DNA of 64,000 nt from Octopus vulgaris (taxonomy: Eukaryota), in assembly GCA_951406725.2 (NCBI GenBank), contig OX597816.1, positions 8,804,001 to 8,868,000 on the forward strand, written 5' to 3'. Under the pieces are notes generated by a model that saw only the letters and a list, made by a program, of their open reading frames with translations, searched no databases and had not been told where the DNA came from. The translations under genes and the position numbers were made by a program. Numbering within the stretch: the stretch's first letter is position 1; each line of letters starts with the position of its first letter. Shown piece by piece: positions 13,690 to 26,699 of this stretch.

Positions 13690-14010
13690 TCATCGTTTAA
13701 CGTCCGTTTTCTGCGCTAGCACGGGTTGGACGGTTCGACCGGGGTCTGGGAAGCCAGGGGCTGCACCAGGCTCCAGTCTGATCTGGCAGAGTTTCTACGG
13801 CTGGATGCCCTTCCTAGCGCCAACCACTCCGCGAGTGTAGTGGGTGCTTTTTACGTGCCACCTGCACAGGTGCCAGGGGGGTCTGGCATCGGCCACGATC
13901 GGTTGGTGCTTTTAACATGCCACCGGCATGGAAGCCAGCCAAGGCGGCGCTGGTATCGGCCACGTTTAGATGGTGCTTTTTATGCGCCACCGGCACAGAA
14001 GCCAGTCGAG
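13690..14010 (-). mobile_element. Abundant SINE-like element family C with ~66-bp internal tandem units and an (ATG)n tail (many copies, e.g. 2470-3130, 7520-7960, 19790-20070, 28000-28400, 38045-38465, 48540-48930, 62045-62400)
   Basis: Shared 3' block GGTTGGCGTTAGGAAGGGCATCCAGCTGTAGAAAC...GGACGTTAAACGATGATG, preceded by repeated GGTGGCACGTAAAAAGCACC units. Confidence 0.8.
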
Positions 14011-15109
14011 GCGATATAGGCACCTGTGCCAATGGAATGTTAAAAGCACCATTCGAGCATAATCATTGCCAGGGCCACTGACTGGCTCCCCTGTTGGTGG
14101 AATGTAAAAAGCACCATTCGAGTGTGATCGTTGCCAGCATCACCTGACTGGCTCCTGTGCTGGTGGCACGTAAAATACACCATTCAAGCATGGTTGTTGC
14201 CAGTGAGCTGGCAAAATCGTTAGCATGCTGGGCTAAATGCTTAGTGGTATTTCGTCTGTCGCTACGTTCTGAGTTCAAATTCCGCCGAGGTCGACTTTGC
14301 CTTTCATCCTTTCGGGGTCGATTAAATAAGTGCCAGTTACGCACTGGGGTCGATATAATCGACTTAATCCGCTTGCCTGTCCTTGTTTGTCCTCTCTGTG
14401 TTTAGCCCCTTGTGGGTAGTAAAGAAATTGGTTGTTGCCAGTGCCACCAGACTGGCTCCTGAACCAGTGGCATGTAAAAAGCACCCACTACACTCTTGGA
14501 GTGGTTGGCATTAGGAAGGGCATCCAGCTGTAGAAACTTTGCCAGATCAGATTGGAGCCTGGTGCAGCCATCTGGTTCGCCAGTTCTCTGTCAAACCGTT
14601 CGACCCGTACCAGCATGGAAAGTGGACAATAAACAATGATGACGATGCCGGACATTGCCCCATCTGATTATCATTTATTCCACAGTCTTCAAAATCATTT
14701 ACTCTTTTTACTCTTTTACTTGTTTCAGTCATTTGACTGCGGCCATGCTGGAACATCGCCTTTAGTGGAGCAAATCAACCCCGGGACTTATTCTTTGTAA
14801 GCCCAGTACTTATTCTATTGATCTCTTTTGCCGAACCGCTAAGTGACGGTGACGTAAACACACCAGCATCGGTTGTCAAGCAATGCTATGGGGGACAAAC
14901 ACAGACACACAAACACACGCATACATATATATGTATACATATATACGACGGGCTTCTTTCAGTTTCCATCTACCAAATCCACTCACAAGGCATTGGTCGG
15001 CCCGGGGCTATAGCAGAAGACACTTGCCCAAGAATCCACACAGTGGGACTGAACCCGGAACCATGTGGTTGGTTAGCTAGCTACTTACCACACAGCCACT
15101 CCTGCACCA

Positions 15110-15547
15110 TTTGGTTGGAAAAAATATGAATTCTGTAGATGAGGTCAGAACAGTTCTGGAGAAGTATTTTTTGCGACACATGAGTGAATTTTGGAAGCGG
15201 GGCCTTGTATGTCTACCAGAAAAATGGAAGAGTATTGTAGAAAATGATGGAGTTTTGTCAGTGAACAGTTCGTGGTCTGAAAGCGTCGAAAATAATTTGA
15301 CAAATTAAATTTAAATGTTGAAGTAAATCTAACGGGTTTTTGTGTGTTTCTTAAATGGCTTATAAACACTTTCCATGCTGCAATTGTTTTCGTTCCAGCA
15401 CACGATCTCAGATCAGGTCACTTGCTATGCAAGTACATCTCCGAAGGAGAGTATATTTTAGATTAAAAAAGAACTTTGTTTATCTTAATTTTGAAAAATA
15501 TAAGAAGTATAAAAAAGCAACGCATTATTTATGGGCTGACCCAATAT
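15110..15547 (+). mobile_element. Mariner transposon 3' end (transposase C-terminus + TIR), interrupted by the G3-C8 HHR element (15250-15445)
   Basis: EFWKRGLVCLPEKWKSIVENDG resembles mariner FYxxGIxxLPERWxKxVExxG; terminal GCATTATTTATGGGCTGACCCAATA followed by TA. Confidence 0.65.
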
Positions 15548-16385
15548 ATGAATGAATACTCTCATTATAGAGGGAAAGTGAGAATGAGCAGTTGAGGAGC
15601 TGGTAAGAAACGAAAATAGGGTGATAAAGTATCAAGCTGGACCCTCAAGGTACAAGGTGAGCAGAAGTGAGTGAAGACAGGAGAATGGGGAGTGTGGAGA
15701 GGAAGAGGTTGTAAGAGTATGGGAAGAATGAGAGAGTCAGAGATGGGGAATGGGGTGAATATGATGAACAGGTGTTAGGAAATGATATGGAGGGAAGAGT
15801 AGGTGAGAACGGAAGAAATTGGGTAGGGTTGATAGATGACGGTAATGAATGGTTGAGAAGGGATAGGGGGTTTCAGTTTGCAGAGTAAAAAGTAATTGTT
15901 TTTACTTGTCAAATAAGATTTTGTTTTTATTCCACTTTATCATATCACAAAAGTCCTGCCCCACACACTCATCCTCTCACCTGTTAATTGAGAAACCATA
16001 CCTGAGAAGACAGCTGTGCAAATGTAACTTCTGCTGCGGCAGGTTACATAGGCCATTACCCTTGAAAAGCATTTATATTGTTGTTTTTTTCTCTATTTTT
16101 TGCTGAATGTGACCTCAGTGAATAGCAATTTATAAGCAGGTTTTAATAGATTATTCTTTTTTGTTTTCATTTCTTTGTTTTTTTTTTTTGACTCTTTTCA
16201 AAAACACCTGTGGTGAAATTCATTTGCTTCTTATGTAGGTGGTGGTTGTGATGGTGGTAGTAGTGGTGGTAGTTGTTGTGATGGTGGTGGAGGTGGTGGT
16301 AGCGGTGGTAGGAGCTGAAGCAAAAAACAAAAAAAACAGAAGTTTAGACATATTTATAAATAATAATAATAATAATAATAATAAT

Positions 16386-16770
16386 GAAATTATTGTATAC
16401 AGTGCTCAGGTGCACCACAACTTGTCAAAAAGTGCATATAAAGTATATGCAGTAATGTAAAAATGTCTGGAAAGCGAACAATGTATGAGTCAGATACATG
16501 CTTGTGTGTGTATGGAGGGGAGAAAATCAAGTGTAGTGTTGGTGAATCTCAGGAAGCATGGAAGTTTTGAAGGATACAGTGCTCCGACAACTAACAACTG
16601 ATGCCGGCAGTTTGTTCCATGCTTCAGCAACTCTCAGCATGAAAAAATGTTTCCTGAAGTCATGGGAGCTGTGCTGTTTTCTGACTTTGTAAATATGTCC
16701 ACGGGTGTTAGACGGGTGGAGTTTGAAAAGGTGCTCAGAGTTATTGTTCGTACGATGGTTGATAATTTTA
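16386..16770 (-). mobile_element. CR1-clade LINE 3' end (same family at 25885-26217, 34958-35370, 44618-44953)
   Basis: ORF2 tail NTRGHIYKV...[17 protein letters not shown]; (ATT)n tail. Confidence 0.85.
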
Positions 16771-17384
16771 TCTTTTACTTGTTTCACTCATTAGACTGTG
16801 GCCATGCTGGGGCACCACTTTGAAGAATTTTCAGTCAAGTGAATTCACCCTGGTACTTTTTTTATCTTTTAAACTGGGGACTTATTGTAACAGTCTCTTT
16901 TGCTGAACCACCAAATTAGGGGGATGTAAATAAACCAACACCAGTTGTCAAGTGGTGATCAGGGGAGCAAACAGACACAAATGTACATACACACATATGC
17001 ACACATACACACACACATGGGCTTCTTTCAGTTTCCATCTACCAAATCCACTCACAAGGCTTTGGTTGGCTTGAGGCTATAGTAGATGACACTTGCCCAA
17101 GGTGCCATGCAGTGGGATTGAACTTGGAACCATGTGATTGGGAAGCCAACTTCTCACCACACAGCCACACCTGTGCCTATTGCAGTGTATTTATTTATTT
17201 TGTTATTGTATAGATTGAGTTGAGTTGACTCCGAGCAACAAGTCCATGTTTGGAGTTTCAGTGGAAATACAAGTTCACATGTGGTCCTCAGTCACATACA
17301 CACACACATGGAATAGGGGTTGATTTGTTTGACTGCTTCAGCATGGTCGCAGTCAAATGACTGAAGCAAGTAAAAGAATAAAAG

Positions 17385-17418
<34 letters not shown>

Positions 17419-19757
17419 ATATATATATATCTTTATATATAAAAGTCAAGTTGTGTACTGGTACTTAATTTATCGACTGGCCCCCTCCCCCAAAATTCCA
17501 GGCCTTTTGCCTTGGGTAGAAAAGAATATTGTTACAATAAAAAGAAAATCCTTTCTCAGCTCTGTCTGCCAGATATTTTCACTTTCCAATTAAAATTTAA
17601 AAAATAAACCTCTGAAGCCAATTCACATTTTTCGTAAGCATTCATAAAACCTCGTTCCTTATAAATTTGTGGCCTTATGCCCTTGCAGGTGGGGCATAAT
17701 ATTTTAATACCATTTATATTTTTTAATTTGAGGAAATCTTTTTTCCAATACCTGCATACATACATACATACAAATTTGTATGTGTGTGTGTGTGTGTCTG
17801 TCTGTGTCTGTGTGCAATATCCTCATTACAAAACATCCATGTCATTCTTTTTTTTCTAAGAGTTCATTGAAATAATTATAACTTTTAGGATGAACTTTCT
17901 TCAAATGCACACACATGATGAATCACTGAAATAAAATGAGAACATTAAATAAATAATTACCCAAAACTCTGCCTATCTTCTTTCTCTTAATATATATATA
18001 TATATATATATATTATGAAAAGGAAGGTCCCTTCCATATCAGCTAACTCTGATGAGTGTAAAGTTATATAATCAGTTTGTTACCTAACACTCCATTGTAT
18101 TCTTTATGTGAAACTGATTGGTAAGACTAGCCATGGTGGATATTTAATACATTTCAGACAATATACCCACTCTACTGACAGATATATGAGTGCATCTTTT
18201 CCCTGACTTATTGTTTCTTAGACGACTCACACACGTACATATATATATGTATACTCTTTACTCTTTTACTCTTTTACTTGTTTCAGTCATTGACTGTGGC
18301 CATGCTGGAGCACCACCTTTAGTCGAGCAAATCGACCATGGGACTTATTCTTTGTAAGCCCAGTACTTATTTTATCGGTCTCTTTTGCCGAACCACTAAG
18401 TGACGGGGACGTAAACACACCAGCATCGGTTGTCAAGCAATGCTAGGGGGACAAACACAGACACACACATATATATATATACATATGTACGACAGGCTTC
18501 TTTCAGTTTCCGTCTACCAAATCCACTCACAAGGCATTGGTCGGCCCGGGGCTATAGCAGAAGACACTTGCCCAAGATGCCACGCAGTGGGACTGAACCC
18601 GGAACCATGTGGTTGGTTAGCAAGCTACTTACCACACAGCCACTCCTGTGCCTATGTATATGTATGTGTATGTATATATACACACATTCATACGAACATA
18701 CATGTGTGCATGCATTTGTACGTACTTACATACATACATACACACAATAGGCTTCTTTAATTTGCTGTCTACTAAATTCACTCACTCTGCGTAGCCTAAG
18801 ATGGCCACACACACACACACAATGGCTAGTAATGAAATAGTTTTAACCTTTTGGCTCCTGACCCATTATTATATGTAATGCAATTCTGACTTTGTAACAT
18901 GAGCGGCAAACTACTGCACAAACAATCCCATTCTATTGATTCAGCCACCAAGCTGTCGATCTCAGCATAAAGAAAGAATATTAATTGTTTTGTTCTAAAT
19001 TTTGACAAATGCTGTAGTTTCTGTTGAATGTTCTAGAAATGTCAGTGTTTAACTATTAGGGAAAGGTCAATAATTAATCTTGCTTTGATTGATTTTGTTG
19101 TCAATGAAAAAAATAGAGAATGGTTTGAATGATTTGATTTTAAATAGCTTGATTTAATAGGGAATTTATCAGCTGGACTGATAACTAAGATGTGGTCAGA
19201 TAGCGTCTCACATACTTTATATAGTGGGACCCCTGCCATTTTTAAGTGGCACGTAAAAAACACCATCCAAGCGTGGCTGTTCGCCAACCTTGTCTGGCAC
19301 CTGTGTCGGTGGCACATAAAAAGCACCCGTTACACTCACGGAGTGGTTGGCGTTAGGAAGGGCATCCAGCTGTAGAAACACTGCCAGATCTGACTGGCCT
19401 GGTGCAGCCTTCGGGCTTCCCAGACCCCAGTTGAACCGTCCAACCCATGCTAGCATGGAAAGCAGACGTTAAAAGATGATGATGATGAATTAACGAATTT
19501 AAGTTATACTGGTAATGAAGAGAAAATTGTGTAGTTTTAATGCTTAGCTCTTACTATGAATGACAAGGGAGAGAGTTTCAAAATCGAAATTGAATGGAGG
19601 AATACAGTCAGTAGTTACTCTGATCTTTGGCAAATATGGAGTTAACTCTGGGTATGTTCAGGTCTTATTAAACCTCTTCAGTAAAGTTTACTCTTATCCA
19701 TGCTGTCTACATGCTGGAGGATATATATATGTATGTATGTGTGTATGTATGTATGTA

Positions 19758-19788
<31 letters not shown>

Positions 19789-20348
19789 GTGTTTTACGTG
19801 CCACCTGCACAGGAGCCAGTCCAGGTGGCACATAAAAAAACACCACTTGAGTGTGAGTGTTGCCAGTACTGCCTGACTGGCCATCGTGCCGGTGGCACGT
19901 AAGAGCACCCACTACACTCTCAGAGTGGTTGGCATTAGGAAGGGCATCCAGCTGTAGAAACTCTGCCAGATCAGATTGGAGTCTGGTGCAGCCATCTGGT
20001 TCGCCAGTCCTCAGTCAAATCGTCCAACCCATGCTAGCTTGGAAATCGGACATTAAACGATAATGATGATGATATATATGGTGGTTCAAAAGCAGGTTTA
20101 CAGTTATTCAACCATCTCTTTTGCATTCATATATTAATAGTTTAGATCTTAATTATAAAAAGATATGAAACCATTATTCTATGCAAATTTAGTTAATTTT
20201 ATCAAGCTTCCTTTTCAGTTGGTAGGAAAGAAATTAAAATGTAATAAAATGTTTTAAAAAATCTAAAATGACAAAGACACACACACACATGACTGACTTC
20301 TTTCAGTTTCCATCTATCAAATCTCCGCACAAGGCTTTGGTTAGCCTG

Positions 20349-20580
20349 AGGCGGCGAGCTGGCAGAAACGTTAGCATGCCGGGCGAAATGCGTAACCGTA
20401 TTTTGTCTGCCGCTACGTTCTGAGTTCAAATTCCGCCGAGGTCGACTTTGCCTTTCATCCTTTCGGGGTCGATTAAATAAGTACCAGTTACATACTGGGG
20501 TCGATATAATCGACTTAATCCGTTTGTCTGTCCTTGTTTGTCCTCTCTGTGTTTAGCCCCTTGTGGGTAGTAAAGAAATA
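20349..20580 (+). mobile_element. SINE family B, nested in a family A SINE (others 14200-14428, 45418-45822 dimer, 51313-51548, 59430-59663)
   Basis: GGCGGCGAGCTGGCAGAA head, B box GTTCAAATTCC, central GTCGACTTTGCCTTTCATCCTTTCGGGGTCGA, tail GTAAAGAAATA. Confidence 0.85.
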
Positions 20581-20789
20581 TATTGTAGAAGACACTTGCC
20601 CAAGGTGCCATGCAGTGAGATTGAACCCGGAACCATATGGCTAGGAAGCAAGCTTCTTGCCACATGACCACATTGTTTTACTGCCTGAATATCTCAGGAA
20701 TGAAAAAAATGACTGAATTGTTAAACAACCAGAAGTCCAGGTCATCCCTGGGAGACCAGCAGAAGAGTCTGCTGTGAGTATGATTGATT

Positions 20790-21240
20790 TAAGTGGAGAT
20801 TTCAAACTTAAAATCTTCAAAGCCACAGTCGAACCAATTCTACTATATGGCTCAGAAACCTGGACATTATCAAAGAAGCTTGAGAGGCGGTTGGATGGAA
20901 CTTACACTCACCTCCTTATGAGAGCTCAAAATCTCTCGTGGAAGCATCATCCAACCAAAGTACAAATATATGGGAAATTACCACCTGTATCTTGTGAAAG
21001 GTAGAAGAGTCCAGTTTGCTGGACATTGTTGTAGAGCTGAAAACGAGGTAATTTCTACTCTTCTCCTTTGGAAGCCATCTGTTCGTGATACCAGAGGGCA
21101 CACACTATCCTACCCTGATGTAATCTCCAGGGATACAGGCATCCAGCAACAGGACCTCCGTAATGCTATGATGGACTGTGAAGTCTGGCGTAACATAGTA
21201 AATTCCATTTTCTCGACTACGGTCGAACAATAACAATAAA
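20790..21240 (+). mobile_element. RTE-clade LINE 3' fragment (same family at 33369-33580 and 38966-39209)
   Basis: KLKIFKATVEPILLYGSETWTL..., [11 protein letters not shown]; candidate TSD ATGATTGATT at 20780 and 21241. Confidence 0.85.
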
Positions 21241-22070
21241 ATGATTGATTGATAAAATAATTATTAATAACTTCCATTGGTGTAAGAAATATGGCTTATA
21301 AGGATGCTGCTTGTTGAGGAGACTAAATGGACAAATTGTGGGAAATTTCATGAGAAATATATGATGGATACCTTAAGTTATTGATACATTAATATGTTCA
21401 GTCACATTCACCTGTTTGTTAATTGTTATTCAACAATTATTAGATATGAAATCTGTACAAGACATTGATATTTCATTCTCTAAGTCAGGATCAACAAAGA
21501 ATGGCTGGGTGGTTAATAAGGTTGTTTCACAAACATGTGGTTTTTGGTTCAGACCCACTTCACAGCACTTTGAGCAAGTGTTTTCTATAGCCTTGGGCCA
21601 GCTAAAGCTCACAAAAGAGAGGGGGTATGAGTGACAAGGGTAGAGCTGGGAAGAGAGATAAAATAGTGGTGAAATCTGGGCGGACCCTCAAAGTAGGTGG
21701 TGTATAAAAGTGGGTGGGGACAGAGGAAGAGGGAAGAATAGGTGGGTAGAGGTTGCATGAGTGTAGAGGAGAGGGAGAGATGGCTAGACAGAGGGAATAG
21801 GGGAGTGGGATAATATATATCACAAGTTTCTTGCAGGTAACCTTCCTATACTTATTTCAATTTTGAATTATTCTGCTCATTCCAAATACAATGAAATGCC
21901 AATAGTGGATTTGAACTGATGACTCATGAGTTCAGAGATCAGTGTTTTACCAACTCTGCCATTTTACCTCTTCTCTAATGACTAAATGTAAATAATTTCT
22001 TAATATTTTGTATTCTATTCATTTGTAGGGCAGTAAAAATTAAGGAAATCAAAGAACTTTCTCTGGCACC

Positions 22071-22136
22071 ATGGGTGAATATTATGAGTCAAAAAAGTGC
22101 AAGCTGTTGTGGGTGGCTTGGGCATTTGGCATTGTG
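22071..22136 (+). CDS. MFSD4: MFS transporter first coding exon (acceptor before 22029 implies an upstream UTR exon)
   Basis: tttgtag| at 22028, ATG 22071, donor gtg|gtaagt. Confidence 0.8.
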
Positions 22137-22906
22137 GTAAGTTGTCAAAGCTGTTCCATTCTTTCCACAATAATGTTTTACCATTATTCAATCAAAGGAA
22201 ACATTCTAATCCACCTCATTATTTTCTTTTTTCAGGGTATTGACAACGGAATTTTAGGACCAAGCCTGCTTGACCTTGGCTCCCTAATCCAGGCACAGTT
22301 GTACCAAATGAATTGGTTGTTTATTATTTCTGGTATTGGATTCATTTTAGGATGTCTTTTAGTTGGTTGGATGTCATCAAAGATAAACATGGATCTAATC
22401 CTGGCTGTATCCATGCTTCTTGGATCAGCCACTTTTATCTTCATTCCACTCGCTCGTAATTTACCCCTAATGGCAACCTTATTCTTCATTCAAGGACTTA
22501 CCAAAGGCTTGGTTGATGTAGGTTAGTATTTTTATCAGCCATTCTTTATCATTTTGTCATTCATTTTAAATACCTTAATTTTGAAACATGTCTAAACTTA
22601 AACAAAGTTTAATGTGTGACTATTTCTTTTGACAGTTTTAATTTCAAACTTACACCTTCTGTTTTGAACATATTTTATCAACATTGAAATATTTAAATTT
22701 AATTTTGATTTGTCCACATTGAAATTTATAACGATGTTTTTACACTTTTACCATTGATAAGCAAAAAATATTGTTGAAACTAGTTTGGTACATATGTAAA
22801 TAAATGTATTTTAAACATTTACGAGTTTTGGAAATTTAAGTGCATTTTCAGAAACACATTTTCCTATATATTTTTTTTCCTGCGTGAAAACACCATTCCC
22901 TCTTTT

Positions 22907-22960
<54 letters not shown>

Positions 22961-24016
22961 ATGTGTTTGTGTGTGTGTAGCCTTTTGCTATAAGAAAAAT
23001 TAAAATTAAAAATAAACATACTGTTTCCATTCTGTATCTTCATTTTATTTCCAGGTTGCCTGATCACCTGCAACTGGCTGTTTCCAACCAAACACAATTG
23101 GGAGATGCAACTCATTACAGTTGTTGCCTCTTTTACTGCTTTTGTCATTCCATTCATCGTCTTACCATTCCAAAGCCATAAACTTCACATGTTCTCCGAA
23201 GACACCCAGCTACGAAACATGTCTTACATCAACCCACACTCACATAACAACATCACAAAAGACGATCCAACCAACATACAATACGCTTATCTAATTGCCG
23301 CCTTCATTACTTCTCCACCGATAATTGCTTTTTTTTATTATTACATTCGTAGTGGATGTCATTCGTGGTCTAACCAGAGTGACTACGAAGACATGACGGG
23401 AAAGATCTTGGGACAAAAATACCCTTTGGTTAAAAAGACAAAAATGTTGGTATTACTGTTTTTGTTTCATATTCCAATTTTTGGTATTACCATTGCTTAT
23501 AGCAATCTCTTGACCGCTTATGGACTTTCAACAAGCAGAAACTTTACAAAAGCTGACTTGGCGTTTATGACATCTGTGATGTGGGGGTCGTTTTTAATGG
23601 GCCGAATTCTCACTACTGTCTTTTCAAAAATCTTTGATATCGGAATTCTCTTAACTCTCAATTTTGGTGGGTTGTTTTTGTTTGTGTCGTTGTTGGTCGT
23701 ACAAATTTATATACCAAATGAAGCTTTACTCTGGATCGGTACAAGTGGATTTGGTCTTTTCCAGTCTTCCTTTCTGCCAACCGTCATTTCATGGGCTGGT
23801 GGCTTCCTGACAATCGATGCTGTTATCCTAACAACTGCACTTGTGGCAAGTGGAATCGGAGAAATGACAATTCCATTCATTGCTGGCATATTCTTTCATT
23901 CGTTAGGGCCTTCCAGCCTCATTTATTTAATGCTGGGGAACTGTTGTTTAGAATTTGCTATGTTTGCCATGATGGGATTCTTAAATAATTATTATAGAAA
24001 AAATTATTTAATTTGA
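22071..24016 (+). CDS. MFSD4: Major facilitator superfamily transporter, MFSD4 / sodium-dependent glucose transporter 1 (NAGLT1)-like, 437 aa; exons 22071-22136, 22236-22521, 23055-24016
   Basis: Kozak GCACCATGG with an upstream in-frame stop. GT-AG introns 22137-22235 and 22522-23054 keep frame (66+286+962=1314 nt). About 12 hydrophobic segments; motifs GILGPSLLDL, MWGSFLMGR, ALLWIGTSGFGLFQSSFLPT, GIGEMTIP. The paralog assignment is uncertain. Confidence 0.85.
22236..22521 (+). CDS. MFSD4: MFS transporter exon 2
   Basis: ttttttcag| GIDNGILGPSLLDL ... g|gttagt. Confidence 0.88.
23055..24016 (+). CDS. MFSD4: MFS transporter exon 3 (to TGA)
   Basis: tttccag| in phase with the 303-aa hydrophobic ORF. 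Confidence 0.88.
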
Positions 24017-24057
24017 AACCATTACATTTTTTCATCTCCAAAATGTCCTGAAATGAT

Positions 24058-24118
<61 letters not shown>

Positions 24119-25763
24119 TAATGAATCACAAAGGAATGGGAGTTATGTAATTCTTTTCATTAGCTTACCACTGTTTCTACTACAAGAAGCAAAACACCTA
24201 GAGTTGAGTGCTTGTGCAGCATTTTACAGCTTCCTCAGAGCACTGCTTCTTATAGCAGAAACAGCTATAAGCCAATGAGGAGAATTACATAACTCCTACT
24301 CTTTTGTCATTCATTCAGTAATATTACACTCTGTACTCGCCTAACGTTTTACCCTGAAGCCTAAATATATTGAGTTCTAACAACAGGTCACTAATATCAA
24401 TATGTCTAAGTGAAATCATTCTATATATATATATATGTATATATATGAGGAAATTGTATTTTATTTGCAGTCTAGTCATAGAAAGAGTTATCGATAGAGT
24501 ATTTTGAGAAGGGCCACAAATGGCTCCAATTGGAACGGGTGTAGGGAACAAAACAGAACAACAACAACTGAACTATGAAAATACTTTGCATATTCATTCA
24601 TTTAGAAATTTCTTCAGCGTCAACCCTTTTGTTACCGTATTTCTGTTGGAATATGCTGCATTTATTACATTTCATTTTGAAAATAATGAAGAATTTAATG
24701 AAATAAACTTGTCATAATCATCATCATCATTGATGATTGATGGTGATCGATGGTGATTGATGGTGGTTGATGGTGATTGATGATGATTGATGGCGATTGG
24801 TGATGATTGATAGTGATTGATGATGATTGGTGTGATTGATGATGATTGATGATGATTAGCAAGCTGGTGTTTGGAATATAAATTAACATAAAATTTGGAT
24901 GTAAGATATTCATTTAGATTACTTTAAAACGAGAAGATTGCATCATACAAAGAATCAAGAATGGTTTCAGACAGGTTGGTATCAAAAGGGTTAAAACCCT
25001 CATGTGGTCCTTAAGTATCTTTAGCAGAGTCTATATCAGTGTTTCTCGACCATGGATCCCTGGGCCACATGTTCCCCTCGACAGTCTTCCCGTGATAAAT
25101 ATCATAATTTTTTCTTTGTGTTTTACATGTTTTGGTGTGGCCCCCTATAAAAATCCAGGTTTTGGGATCAGGCTTCATATTAAAAAGGCTGAGAACCACT
25201 GGTGTATACTGTTATAAGCAACAGATTGAGTTTCTAGTTTGAAGACGCATTCCCTCCTGCCAGACTCAGAGGCTCTGTGAAAGGGCCATACATATTGATC
25301 TTCCCTTTCTAAGCAATACAGGGGAAAAAAAAGCTTTTGTTTTGTATAATCTGTATACATAATTTGAGAAAACTTGTTATAAATGAAAACAGAAAAAAAA
25401 AAAAAAAACACAGAAGAGAAAAAAAAATTCCTTTCACTGTTATTGTTATCATCACCATCATCATCATCATCATCATTCTCATAATCATTGTTATTGTTGG
25501 TGTCGGTGGCGTCGGCGTCATCATCTTCTTCGTTTTAACGTCCACTTTTCCATGTTTGCATGGGTCGGATGGGATTTACCGAGGCAGATTTTCAGTACCC
25601 TGATGCTCTTCTTGTCACCAACCCTCACCCGTTTCCCAAGTAAGGTAACATCACCCCCAGGGCCAAACGTATTTTCCATGTAATACTGCAAACAATGGAC
25701 ACTGCTTGTGTAACAGTAACACTTGTTTATAATTATCACAAAATATCAAGACATGGACACAAT

Positions 25764-25800
<37 letters not shown>

Positions 25801-26699
25801 ACAGTGGGCTACTTTCAGTTTCCATCTACCAAATCCACTCACAAGGCTTTTGCTGGCCTGGGATTATAATAATAAAAATAATAATGAAATTATTGTATAC
25901 AGTGCTCAGGTGCACCACAACTTGTAGTAATGTACAAATGTCTGGGAAGTGGACAGTCTATGAGTCAGATACATGCTTGCGTGTGTATGGAGGGGAGAAA
26001 ATCAGGTGTAGTGTTGGCAAATCTCAGGAAGCATGGAAGTTTTGAAGGATGCAGTGCTCCGACAACTAACAACTGATGCCGGCAGTTTGTTCCATGCTTC
26101 AGCAACTCTTAGCGTGAAAAAATGTTTCTGAAAGTCATGGGAGCTGTGCTGTTTTCTGACTTTGTAAACATGTTCACGGGTGTTAGACAGGTGGAGTTTG
26201 AAAAGGTGCTCAGAGTTATAGTAGAAGATACTTAGCTAAGGTGCCACACAGTGGGGCTGAACCTAAAACAATGTGGTTGGGTGGGGCAGATGTCCTAATC
26301 CCATGGTCAGGCCTGTAACTATATTCCCCCGTGGTGCTAATTGAAGATTACTCAACCTGGCCTGTTGAGGAACCATAAGATGGTTTTGGTAATATTTTAC
26401 AATCTTCTGGATTCTATTAACTCAATAAAACCTTCCTTCATATTCAAGCAGCTTCTATGTGGCTGCTTGACATGCTAGAAATAGAAGCCAAAATCTCTTT
26501 GAAATCAACCCTTTCTGTCTTAAAAGGGAAGAACACATTGGATTATATAGGTCTGAGAATTAAAAAAGATAAAAAGAATTTAAAAAAATAAAGGCAAAAA
26601 CCTAGATGGCCACAGAATGTTTTTGGTTATAAGTTTGCTTGCTCAGTACTGACCTGGATTTAAAGGAAAGTCTCAGAAATGTTAATTCTCAAACAGTGT

